A stretch of DNA of 64,000 nucleotides, taken from NCBI GenBank assembly GCA_965208325.1, contig OZ242326.1, positions 4,480,001 to 4,544,000 of the forward strand. Reading direction: 5' to 3'. A program made the position numbers and the translations under genes. This document shows positions 41,156 to 50,577 of the stretch, piece after piece. The stretch comes from Candidatus Poribacteria bacterium (lineage in GTDB: Bacteria; Poribacteria; WGA-4E; PCPOR2b). Each line of letters starts with the position of its first letter. Position 1 is the stretch's first letter. A model generated the notes under the pieces. It saw only the letters and a program-made list of their open reading frames with translations. It had not been told where the DNA came from and searched no databases.

Positions 41156-42013
41156 CTATCCGTCGGCTGGGAATTTGTGGAAACCTTCGGGCTTTCGGGA
41201 CGGTGAATAAGCCATTGGCCACCCGCCGCCGCCTACGAAAGCGGGGAACTCTTTTGCCTTCCCACAAACCCAGAAGAACATCTGGGCGGCATCATACCAG
41301 TCGCGATGTTGTTGCCGAGGCGGCGGAGAGGGCCACCCATCCCAACTGTACGGGGCAGTACCGAAATTAAAGTCGGGTTCGCAGATCCAATCCCGCTGCG
41401 GAGGTACAGTTCTCCAATAACAGTATTTTAACAGACTTCGGATGCCAGGGACAGTAGACGCGGTACGCCGATGCCATATCGAATAGACGGTAATGAAAAT
41501 AGTGCCCGCCGGGGCCGCCGTTTTGACGCCGCCGCGGATGCCATTGTAGTGGGACATCCAACTCTGCAAGGCAAAAAGGAAATGCGACCCGGGCAAAACC
41601 TCCGTTGGACCGAGCTCCAGCGGCGTGTCTTGGGGATAGTAAAACACCTGCAGGTGATTCAATTCTGAACCGTAGTGGGAGCCGCCGTCCCGGTGCCACT
41701 GTTGCGCCGGAGCGGGACACTGAACCCAATGGTTGCTTGGCCTGATGGGCAGGCCGAAATTATTGCCCAGCAATGACCGCACCGCGCCCGCGGCTTGTGG
41801 GTTAAGAAGTACGTTCTCGACAAACCAGTCCTCTTGACCGAGCGGGTTGTTGATAGTGGCTTGGAACGTCCGAAACTTATTCACATCTATGTATTCGCAC
41901 GTTCGCCGGTTGATTGTATCCGGAACTACACCTTCCAGCATTAGGTAGCCGCGTTTGCAGAATTCCAGTACCTGTGCATCTGTCAGTGTGGGTTCACAGT
42001 CATATGTTTGCAT
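41156..42013 (-). CDS. PhyH family dioxygenase (paralog of 39774-40565)
   Basis: MQTYDCEPTLTD, WHRDGG, LQVFYYPQDTP, PGSH, IWHRR. Confidence 0.85.
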   Translation of the reverse strand: MQTYDCEPTLTDAQVLEFCKRGYLMLEGVVPDTINRRTCEYIDVNKFRTFQATINNPLGQEDWFVENVLLNPQAAGAVRSLLGNNFGLPIRPSNHWVQCPAPAQQWHRDGGSHYGSELNHLQVFYYPQDTPLELGPTEVLPGSHFLFALQSWMSHYNGIRGGVKTAAPAGTIFITVYSIWHRRTASTVPGIRSLLKYCYWRTVPPQRDWICEPDFNFGTAPYSWDGWPSPPPRQQHRDWYDAAQMFFWVCGKAKEFPAFVGGGGWPMAYSPSRKPEGFHKFPADG

Positions 42014-42138
42014 TGGACAAGCTCCAATTTTCCCAAAGTGCGTTAGTTTTAAGATTTGCTGCAACTGCGGAATAACAGTTTAAAGCCTGATTGAAAAATA
42101 GGTGACCTAACCATTCGTCGGCGTTTAGTTTGCCTAAT

Positions 42139-42366
42139 CTGTCGCCCCGCTGGGGCTTTTAATGTAGGTGAATTGACGATTCTATATACCTGTCGTCCCG
42201 CTGGGGCTTTTGATGAAAGGTGAATTGACGAATCTATATACCTGTCGCCCCGCTGTGGCTTTTGATGTAAGGTGAAATGACGATTCTATATACCTGTCGC
42301 CCCGCTGGGGCTTTTGATGAAAGGTGAATTGACGATTCTATATACCTATCGCCCCGCTGGGGCTTT
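42139..42366. repeat. Tandem array of 51-52 bp units, each with a GCCCCGCTGGGGC hairpin (4 units plus a fifth hairpin)
   Basis: (G/A)TCG(C/T)CCCGCTG(G/T)GGCTTT at 42141, 42192, 42244, 42296 and 42348; same family at 12598 and 12649. Confidence 0.95.
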
Positions 42367-42629
42367 CGATTTATTGTGAATTAATGATTTTATAATCCTG
42401 ATAAACCCTATAGCACTCGCGAATCGCTCGCTTAATCCTAGGCTGGGGGCTTTGACAGAAGATAACTGGTGCTGTAAACACTGAATTTCTGAACAGGTTC
42501 TTTAATGGCGTCGCCGGATTTCGCAGCGTCTCAATATTCCCCACGATTGGTTAAGAACGGAATCATCAGTGATATTTGAATCCACCCTGTGCCGCTCCCA
42601 TAGGAGAGTCGGCAGCACTGCGGATGCCG

Positions 42630-43631
42630 TTATTGGTCACGTTCGATTTGCTTTAACCAACCCCAAGTCAAGGTTTTTTTGTTGTCGGGCGCAACTGAGA
42701 ACGCCACGACAAATCTAGGATCGAACCAGGACGGAGCGCGGTTGACACCGCCCACGTCGGGCGCTTCAAAGCGATTCTCCCCGTCGGGATCGGTGATGTA
42801 CAAAGAGCTAACTCCACCCATGAACGCGATGTGGGCGAGTTTCTTGCCGCTCGGCGCCCAAGTAAGGTCGCTTTCTTCCCACTGTCCCTCTAGTCCGGCT
42901 GCGAAGCCAGTGAGTTGAATCACATTTTCTCCGTTCGAATCCATCACGAAGATGTCCCCGTTTCCGTGCCGGGACGAGGACCAAGCAATTTTCGAATCAT
43001 CGGGGGACCATGTAGGTTCGAAGTCTCCGCCCTTATGGTTCGTCAGGTTCACGAGACTGCCGCCGTTCGGGGCCATCAAGTAGACGTCAGAAATCGTTCT
43101 GCCCCGTTTGGAAGAAAAGGCGATTGTTCTTCCGTCGTGAGACCAATCGGGTTGCACGTCCTTAGCTGGATCTTTTGTGATGTTTCTCAAGGCTCTGCCT
43201 AAAACTATCATCTCATAGATTTCAAAATTGCCGTCGCGATCGGTCCCGAAAGCGAGGCGTTGGCCGTTCGGGTGCCAACTAGGATAGCTATCCTCCGACT
43301 CACTGTCGGTGAGTCTCTGCAGGTTCTTACCTTCTGAATCTACCATATAAATGTCAACGTTTCCTTTTGCTTCCGTGTGAAAGGCGATGCGGTTTCCGTC
43401 CGGGGACCAGACCAGTCCGAGCGGCAGCGGATTCGCATCAATAAACAATAACGGACGCGGGTCGTGTCCGTTATCATCGGTCAACCAGATGTTTGATTCA
43501 CCTCCATCGGCGGAGAGGACAAACGTCCCCTTGTTAGGCGGTCTTGCCTCTGAATTCATGGCCGTCGCGATTGAAATTAACACCGTTATTGCCGCAAATG
43601 CGGTTGACAGCGTCAAATTGCCGATTCTCAT
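42630..43631 (-). CDS. TolB-like PD40 beta-propeller exported protein with C-terminal TWG-x-LK tail
   Basis: Signal peptide; repeated P.WSPDG..IAF motifs; ends SVAPDNKKTLTWGWLKQ. Confidence 0.88.
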   Translation of the reverse strand: MRIGNLTLSTAFAAITVLISIATAMNSEARPPNKGTFVLSADGGESNIWLTDDNGHDPRPLLFIDANPLPLGLVWSPDGNRIAFHTEAKGNVDIYMVDSEGKNLQRLTDSESEDSYPSWHPNGQRLAFGTDRDGNFEIYEMIVLGRALRNITKDPAKDVQPDWSHDGRTIAFSSKRGRTISDVYLMAPNGGSLVNLTNHKGGDFEPTWSPDDSKIAWSSSRHGNGDIFVMDSNGENVIQLTGFAAGLEGQWEESDLTWAPSGKKLAHIAFMGGVSSLYITDPDGENRFEAPDVGGVNRAPSWFDPRFVVAFSVAPDNKKTLTWGWLKQIERDQ

Positions 43632-43731
43632 GGTTCGTACCCTCCTTTGCAGTGATTTTGCAATACAAGCGACGCGGTTTTGATCATGGTTTTACGGAAT
43701 GGACTGTTGGTGAAACACTTTACAGGCTATG

Positions 43732-44469
43732 TTAAACCCTCTCTGCCCAAAATACCAGCATATTTTTTCGCTGCGGCGGGGCATCCTCGTAGAGCTCGGG
43801 CGTATACCAGCCGCCCTGACCGCCGACGTCCCAGACGTACCGAATGTCGGCCTCCGTTTGTGGTTTCTGCATGAAATTGAGGTACAACCCGCGGCGGGAT
43901 CCATCGGGAAATGCACCGTGGTACGTCTTTACATTAAAAACGATTACATCGCCCGGTTCCGTCTCGCACGGGTGGGCGCCGGGAACATCTTTGCCTTGCG
44001 GCAAAATTTCGTTGCCGTATGTCTGCATACGCTCTCGATATGGGAGGAATTGGCTGCCGGGCAAGAGGTAGAGGCAACCGGTGTCCACTGTTGTCGGATC
44101 CAGAAACAGCAATACCTTCAGGTGTGTATGGGTTTCGGCAGAGACGGCGTCGTGGTGCCACGCAGTTCCGGTCCAGTGTTTGATAGCTTCGGAGACTGTA
44201 AACACAAATCCTTCACCGATTAGGTCCTCAAGCACTGCGATTATGCGGTTATCGTCGAGCAGGCGGTTATAGACGTCGGGATTATGCCTGAAGAATGGCA
44301 ATACCTGATGGCGCACAGGGGCCCGCGACCACGGCTCACCGCCGTTGGCTCTGACAAGCGTGTCTTCGAACGCGTCGGCGTACAGCTTTACCTCATCGCG
44401 CGGCAGGAAGTCTCTCAAAATGATGAATCCGAGCGTTTCAAAATGGTGTTTCTGAGCTTCACTGAGCAT
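43732..44469 (-). CDS. PhyH family dioxygenase
   Basis: WHHD, GCLYLLPGS, PGDVIVFNVKTYHGA; AAGGAG RBS. Confidence 0.87.
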   Translation of the reverse strand: MLSEAQKHHFETLGFIILRDFLPRDEVKLYADAFEDTLVRANGGEPWSRAPVRHQVLPFFRHNPDVYNRLLDDNRIIAVLEDLIGEGFVFTVSEAIKHWTGTAWHHDAVSAETHTHLKVLLFLDPTTVDTGCLYLLPGSQFLPYRERMQTYGNEILPQGKDVPGAHPCETEPGDVIVFNVKTYHGAFPDGSRRGLYLNFMQKPQTEADIRYVWDVGGQGGWYTPELYEDAPPQRKNMLVFWAERV

Positions 44470-44540
44470 ATTTGACTCCTTGCGGTTAGGGTCCGATTAT
44501 CAAATTCAACCCTAAGCCGATTCAGGCGACTCAAAAACGA

Positions 44541-45401
44541 CTACAACATTTCTCGTGTAAAAGTGTATGCTTCCCTCAACCACGATGCGTAATAGAGTCC
44601 GTTGGCATAGAGGAAATACAGCGATTTCAAACAGATAACGCTCAACAAACATGCCAAAAGGAGTACCATTAAGCTTCCATCGCGCCGACCCATCTTTAAG
44701 GCACGCAGGGAAGTGCGATTTCCCGCGGCAACTTCCGGAGAAAAGCCGCGGCTTTCAACGGCTTCGCCAAGTTGAGTTGCGCGGCGAACATTGTTCATTA
44801 AAATCGGACGCAGACTGTTTAAGATTCCGCTAAAGGTGCGGATTGGATTCAACCGCAAAAAACGAAACCCGCGCAGCCGCTGCAATCTGACGACTGTGAC
44901 AGCTTCCGAGCCGATGAGTGGAATGTAACGCAAGGCGGTGGTTACCATAAACGCCAAGCTATAGGGGACACCTAGTTGAACCAATGCAACGAGCAGATCT
45001 CGCGGCGGTGTTGTCCACACAATAAAACAGCCGATCGCCAGCGTTGTGTTGAACCGCAGGGATTGAACTGCGCCATACAATAACCCCTCGCGGTAAAACC
45101 GGATGCCGCCCGTAACTTCGCCTATAACGGGGAAATCCTGGTCAATAAGCGTGAAAATCGGAGTACGCGGGAATTCACTGTAGAAAATTGCTTGGCTGTA
45201 CACCAAGCCCCATGTCCCGAGTAGCACAACCAATATCAGCAGACGAATCTGATGCCACGATGCTCTGGAGCGTGCAACTAAACAGGTGCTAGTAAGAAAA
45301 CAGACAGCAAGTGATATTGGGCTGTCGAGCAAAACCACGAGACAGCCGACGACTGCGAGGATAACGATTTTCGTACGAGGATGGAGATGTATGATTGACA
45401 C
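44541..45401 (-). CDS. ecfT: ECF transporter transmembrane component T
   Basis: LHPRTK start, ALRYIP, QRLRG and AVESRGF (X-R-X motifs). Confidence 0.9.
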   Translation of the reverse strand: MSIIHLHPRTKIVILAVVGCLVVLLDSPISLAVCFLTSTCLVARSRASWHQIRLLILVVLLGTWGLVYSQAIFYSEFPRTPIFTLIDQDFPVIGEVTGGIRFYREGLLYGAVQSLRFNTTLAIGCFIVWTTPPRDLLVALVQLGVPYSLAFMVTTALRYIPLIGSEAVTVVRLQRLRGFRFLRLNPIRTFSGILNSLRPILMNNVRRATQLGEAVESRGFSPEVAAGNRTSLRALKMGRRDGSLMVLLLACLLSVICLKSLYFLYANGLYYASWLREAYTFTREML

Positions 45402-45415
45402 ACCACCTCAATTGG

Positions 45416-46399
45416 TCAGTTGAGACTTGTATCTTCTGAAAATCCCAGCATTAGGTTCATATTCTGAATCGCGGCGCCGGACGCACCTTTTCCCAAGTTG
45501 TCCAACCGCGAACACAGGTTCACGTGCGTGTCATTACCGCCACACACAATTATTTCCAACCGGTTGCTATCATTGCAGCTCACGGCGTCTAGATAGGTGT
45601 AAGGAAGTTGGGGATGATTGCGCAGCGGCGTCTCTGTCCATTTGGACACCGAAACATATTTTTCCCCACGATAATAGTCGTTCAGACATTGGAAAACGTC
45701 ATCGAAACCAGTCTGGTATGCCTCCAGGTATTTTCGATGGATGGGAATATTGACAAGCATTCCCTGTTTCGAATAATCGACCGCGGGCAGCAACAACGGC
45801 GGTTGCGTCAACCCGGATATCACCGTCATTTCTTTTAGGTGTTTATGATTGAGACTTAGCCCGTACTGCAAGAAATGGTATAATTCATGCGGCTCGCCGA
45901 ACCCCTTTTCCGAGAACACTTCTATCATTTTCCTACCGCCGCCCGAATGGCCGGATACGGCGTTTACAACAAAAGCGTGGTCTCGCGGGAAAAGATTCGA
46001 GTCGATTAACGGCTTTACCGGTGCGATAAATCCTGACGCATAACAGCCTACATTGGCGACTCGGCGACTTGCGGCGATTCTCTCACGAAAATCGGGCCTT
46101 AATTCCGGAAAGCCGTATGTCCATCCCGGTGCGGTTCGATGGGCCGTACTTGCGTCAATGATTTTCGCCGTTATGTTTTCGGCTTCGATTAGCGACACTG
46201 TTTCCTTTGCAGAATCGTCTGGCAAACACAAGAAAACGAGGTCAGATTGGCGGATGCAATCTAGCTTTGCGGCATTGTCCTTTCGTTTCGCCTCGGGAAT
46301 GTGGATAACTTCGACATCGCTTCTCGCCTTAATTCTATCGTAAATTTGAAGCCCCGTAGTACCCGATTGCCCATCGACAAAAATCTTTGGTTTGTGCAC
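45416..46399 (-). CDS. argC: N-acetyl-gamma-glutamyl-phosphate reductase, type 2
   Basis: KIFVDGQSGTTG, IIDASTAHR, ANVGCY, SGHSGGG, LDNLGKGASGAAIQNMN; GGAGG RBS before GTG 46399. Confidence 0.95.
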   Translation of the reverse strand: MHKPKIFVDGQSGTTGLQIYDRIKARSDVEVIHIPEAKRKDNAAKLDCIRQSDLVFLCLPDDSAKETVSLIEAENITAKIIDASTAHRTAPGWTYGFPELRPDFRERIAASRRVANVGCYASGFIAPVKPLIDSNLFPRDHAFVVNAVSGHSGGGRKMIEVFSEKGFGEPHELYHFLQYGLSLNHKHLKEMTVISGLTQPPLLLPAVDYSKQGMLVNIPIHRKYLEAYQTGFDDVFQCLNDYYRGEKYVSVSKWTETPLRNHPQLPYTYLDAVSCNDSNRLEIIVCGGNDTHVNLCSRLDNLGKGASGAAIQNMNLMLGFSEDTSLN

Positions 46400-46480
46400 T
46401 TCTATTCCTCCCACACTCTGCACTCTCAAACTCAATTATGCGCGTGCCGATAATTCACGACGACTATTCATTATGCCGCC

Positions 46481-48196
46481 TTACCGGCTGTTAAGTGCAT
46501 ACCCCAATTGCATCCCCAGCGGCGGAATGAGCGATGCCCGTTCTACGCAATCCGGGTCGGCGAAAGCGGTGTCGGGAGATCCATCAAAGATTAGTTCACC
46601 GCGGTCAAGCAGCAGCACTCGATTGGCGTACTTTAACGTGAGATGAGCGTCGTGGGTCGAGAAAATTACGGTTCTGTTCCGCTTTGCCATTGCGTCATTC
46701 AGCACACTCATGAGTTTTTGCAGATGATAGCGATCTTGGCCGGTTGTAGGTTCATCAAGAAGGAGGAGTTGCGGATGGAGCGAAAATACCGTAGCGACCG
46801 CCGTGCGTTGACGCTGCCCTTGCGAGAGTGCATACGGCGTTTGCGAGCGAAGGTTCATGAGATTGAACATCTGCAGCGTGTTCTCAATTCGATCTGCGAG
46901 GTTTTGAGAGGTTAGCTTGAGATTTTTCGGTCCGAAGGCGACCTCATCGGATACCGTCGCGGCTTGCAGGAGCAGGTCCGGATTTTGAAAAGCTAACCCC
47001 GCCAAACCCGCAAGCTGATGAGGTTTGTAACGCACAGCATCTCGTCCGTCGAGAATCACGCGGCCTTCGGACGGAGTGAGAAGCCCAATCATCAACATGA
47101 GCAAGGTTGTTTTACCGCATCCATTTTCCCCCATAATTGCTATGGTTTCACCGCGACCGACTTGAAACGAGATGCGCATCAGTACGTCCGGTGATGCCCG
47201 ATGATAACGAAACGTGAGATTTTGAACGTCAATCAGCGGATTGCCATTAAAATTAGACCCGCGTCCGGTTGGGTACTCGTCTGGTATATTTGAGCACGGA
47301 CCGTTTCGCATTTCGTCCGCCGCTGTCCGATTTTCAACCTTCGTAATGAAGGGCGGTTGCATTCCACCTGTGTCACGCCGAAAACAGTACAGCGCATCTT
47401 CAAGCGTTAACGGCCGATCAGCGAGTCCGTTCTCCTCCGCGATCTGCGCGAGTGCAGGCGCGGCAATCCCCAGTTGCCGAAACTGATCCAGTCGCTGGAA
47501 AGCTCGGTCTTTTGGCAGATCAGACACAATTTCGCCACTATGCATCAACCAAACGCGATTGCACAACGGGGCAACTTCATCGACCTGATGCCCAGCGATA
47601 ATCACGGTGGTGCCTGCGGTTTCGTTCAGTTGGCGAACGAGTTCGAGCAGATTGGACGCTCCCTTTGAATCCAGATAACTGGTCGGTTCATCGAGCAGAA
47701 GAATCTGCGGCTGCATGGTTAACAGACTGGCAAGGGCGATTCGCTGTTTTTGTCCACTGGAGAGTGAAGCAATCACCCGTCCCCGGAATCCGGTTAGCCC
47801 AACCTGCGATAGGGCGGCATCAATTCGACGATTTACCTCATCCGGCGGCATGGCGAGGTTTTCCAACCCAAATGCGACTTCATCTTCTACAACGACGGAA
47901 AAAAGTTGATCTTCGGGATTTTGGAATAAAAACCCGACCTGTTTTGACGTGGCGCTTAGCGGCTGTTCTGCGACGTTTGCCTCGTTGATACGCACGCGAC
48001 CGGAAATCAACCCGCCCGAAGTGTGGGGAATTAAGCCGTTTATGGATCGCAGCAGCGTAGATTTACCGCACCCTGTGGGGCCTAACAGCAGAACGAAGTC
48101 TCCAGAATTGACGCGCGCATTGATTTTCCGCAGTGTCGGTTCGCTGCGCCCCGCGTAGGTAAAACTGAGAGATTCGATCGCAATATTTTGTGACAT
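46481..48196 (-). CDS. ecfA: ECF transporter ATPase with two fused ABC domains
   Basis: GPTGCGKST / LSSGQKQR / LLLDEPT and GENGCGKTT / LSQGQRQR / LLLDEPT; FQNP Q-loops. Confidence 0.92.
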   Translation of the reverse strand: MSQNIAIESLSFTYAGRSEPTLRKINARVNSGDFVLLLGPTGCGKSTLLRSINGLIPHTSGGLISGRVRINEANVAEQPLSATSKQVGFLFQNPEDQLFSVVVEDEVAFGLENLAMPPDEVNRRIDAALSQVGLTGFRGRVIASLSSGQKQRIALASLLTMQPQILLLDEPTSYLDSKGASNLLELVRQLNETAGTTVIIAGHQVDEVAPLCNRVWLMHSGEIVSDLPKDRAFQRLDQFRQLGIAAPALAQIAEENGLADRPLTLEDALYCFRRDTGGMQPPFITKVENRTAADEMRNGPCSNIPDEYPTGRGSNFNGNPLIDVQNLTFRYHRASPDVLMRISFQVGRGETIAIMGENGCGKTTLLMLMIGLLTPSEGRVILDGRDAVRYKPHQLAGLAGLAFQNPDLLLQAATVSDEVAFGPKNLKLTSQNLADRIENTLQMFNLMNLRSQTPYALSQGQRQRTAVATVFSLHPQLLLLDEPTTGQDRYHLQKLMSVLNDAMAKRNRTVIFSTHDAHLTLKYANRVLLLDRGELIFDGSPDTAFADPDCVERASLIPPLGMQLGYALNSR

Positions 48197-48360
48197 TAAC
48201 GGCTCGAAATGGTGATACCCTGAGTGCCTGGCGCTATACGATCGGAGAGGGATTTGTGTCTTTTTGATAAGATGATTGATAATCTGACATCGGGGGTATG
48301 TAAACCGCGGCCTGGCTAAACGATGGTATTAGGGCATGGATGTCCAAGGGGGATGGTACA

Positions 48361-50328
48361 TTAGGCCTTAATTGCGACCGGTACGCCAACCTGGTCCAAA
48401 TGCGACTTCACAGACAGTTTGAAGGCTTCAAGCGTGTCTTCTAAATTGTCTCTGAAATCGTGGTGTACGCGGTCATATTGCGCCTCTACCCGTGCGAGCA
48501 GTTCTTGTGTACGGGCTCCAATTGTCTCGATTCGATTACTTTGTGTTTTTGCAAATCGAGAAACGGTTTCCTTAAACACGCGCATTTCAGCGTCAAGATA
48601 CTGCCTGAAAACTGATGTCTGGAAGGAAACAAGCGTGTCATGAACGCTGTGCCTGAAATCGCCGTGAATCTGCTCATACTGAACCTGTACCCGCGCAAAA
48701 AGTGCTTGCGCATAGGTGCCAACGGCTGCGATTCGGTCGCCTTGGGTTCTGCGCGACACCGTTTCTTTGAAGGCTTCAGATTCGGATTCGAGGGACTGTT
48801 TGAAGTTGTCGACCGCAACCGTCTGGCTCGTTATCTTCTCGAAATGATACCCATGAATTGCCAGCGTAACTGCGGGTACAAACATTTTCGGGTGATCTGC
48901 AATCACTTTCATCAGATACCGGAAATACGCGGGACCCTGTTTCGAGAAGAGCTGCCTCTTTATAGACTTGACTAAAGCCATCAACTCTTTTAAACCGAGG
49001 CTGCGGGTACCGTGTTGCACCGGTTTTAGGTGCTTGAACATTGATAGGCACCGCTCAAAATAGTTCTTCAGCGTCGGATCATAGAGCGTTGACAGTACGC
49101 GCTTGTATCCATCAATGAGTACCTGCCGATCCATCTCCGTCTTAAAATTCAAGCTGTCGAGACCGACATTGTTGCCATCAGACTCTCCCAGCAACCTGCC
49201 TTCTTTCTGCAGGCGGAAGAAAAGATCAGTATTTTTCAGAACAGTTAAAAGCCCAACCATTGCGCGCGGGATGCCGACAGTTTGGATGAAATCAATTTGT
49301 GTATCAAAAGCGTCTTCCGTATCGTCGTCCAATCCCAGGATAAATCCAGCCATCACTTCCATGCCTTTTTCCTGAATGCTCCGCACCGCTTTTACCAGAT
49401 AGTTATCTTCACCTTTTTTCGTGTTCTGTTTCTTCTTCATCTTTACTAACGCATCGGGATTAGGTGTTTCAATCCCTAAAAACACCTCACTCAAGCCGGC
49501 TGAAACCATTGCGTCCATTAGTGGTTCCATGTCGGCGAGGTTTACGCTTGCCTCGGTGTACAGGTCGAACGGAAAGTCTCTGTCGTTTTGCCACTGCGCG
49601 ACTTCCGGCAATAGGCGCATAGCGTCCCGTTTATTTCCGATGAAGTTATCATCGACGAGGAAGAGCGATCCGCGCCAACCGAGATCGTGCAGCAATTGAA
49701 ACTCACTTAACATTTGTTCATTGGATTTGGTGCGCGGTACGCGCCCGAACAGCTTGGTGATATCGCAAAACTCGCAGTCGAACGGGCAACCTCGAGAGAA
49801 CTGAAGCGCCATGGAACCGTAATTTTGAAGATTGATTAGATCGAACCGCGGTATTGGGGTCTGCGTTACATCTGGTTTTCTCGTCTCTGCATACACCTCT
49901 TTGGCGACACCGCTCTTGAGATCGGTGAGAAAATCGCCAAAGACCTCCTCGACCTCTCCATAAAGAAAGTGGTTGACCGTTCCATCAGCTTCCTCTTTGA
50001 TATTGTCGTGATAAGAGGTCGGATGCGGACCGCCGGCGATAATGGGTACGTCTGCGCGGTTGCATCGCCGCACAACGTCGTATAGCGACTCTTTCTGAAC
50101 AATCATTGTGGAGGTTAAGACGAGATCAGCCCACTCGAGATCCGCGTCCGATAAAGTATCCACATTCATGTCAACTACTTTGAGTTGGTAATCTTTTGGG
50201 AACAAACCCGCAACCGTTAGCAAGCCAAGCGGCGGCATTGAGGCTTTTTTTCCAATAAACTCTAAGGCGAACTGATAACCCCAGTAGGATGGGGGAAATT
50301 CTGGGTAAACTAACAACGCATTCGGCAC
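48361..50328 (-). CDS. B12-binding radical SAM protein (DUF4070-type) with duplicated C-terminal helical unit
   Basis: PPLGLLTVA, GGPHPT, SRGCPFDCEFC (CxxxCxxC), VDDNFIGN; GGAGG RBS before GTG 50328. Confidence 0.92.
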   Translation of the reverse strand: MPNALLVYPEFPPSYWGYQFALEFIGKKASMPPLGLLTVAGLFPKDYQLKVVDMNVDTLSDADLEWADLVLTSTMIVQKESLYDVVRRCNRADVPIIAGGPHPTSYHDNIKEEADGTVNHFLYGEVEEVFGDFLTDLKSGVAKEVYAETRKPDVTQTPIPRFDLINLQNYGSMALQFSRGCPFDCEFCDITKLFGRVPRTKSNEQMLSEFQLLHDLGWRGSLFLVDDNFIGNKRDAMRLLPEVAQWQNDRDFPFDLYTEASVNLADMEPLMDAMVSAGLSEVFLGIETPNPDALVKMKKKQNTKKGEDNYLVKAVRSIQEKGMEVMAGFILGLDDDTEDAFDTQIDFIQTVGIPRAMVGLLTVLKNTDLFFRLQKEGRLLGESDGNNVGLDSLNFKTEMDRQVLIDGYKRVLSTLYDPTLKNYFERCLSMFKHLKPVQHGTRSLGLKELMALVKSIKRQLFSKQGPAYFRYLMKVIADHPKMFVPAVTLAIHGYHFEKITSQTVAVDNFKQSLESESEAFKETVSRRTQGDRIAAVGTYAQALFARVQVQYEQIHGDFRHSVHDTLVSFQTSVFRQYLDAEMRVFKETVSRFAKTQSNRIETIGARTQELLARVEAQYDRVHHDFRDNLEDTLEAFKLSVKSHLDQVGVPVAIKA

Positions 50329-50577
50329 AATAACCCTCCAACTTATCGTTTGCAGCAATGTGGTGAGAGGGATTATATCACAACTTTATGAATAATCTCA
50401 ACCTTTTTCTTGCGGGTGTTCATCCGAAGTGTTAGAATTACCGCGCAACCTCACCGTATAGTACACCCAACCGTAGATGGAATCGAAGATTCGAAGACCG
50501 CGAAGAACCCCAAGGCAACGACAGACCTGGAGTTCATTAGCACGCGAAACCCAATGCAGACAAAAATGCGCCGGCGC

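Noticed and set aside
42139..42366. Mini CRISPR array
   Set aside because: Linkers are near-identical rather than unique, and the same hairpin family is dispersed elsewhere
48200..48360. Vitamin riboswitch upstream of the ECF ATPase
   Set aside because: No TPP, cobalamin or FMN consensus motifs recognised
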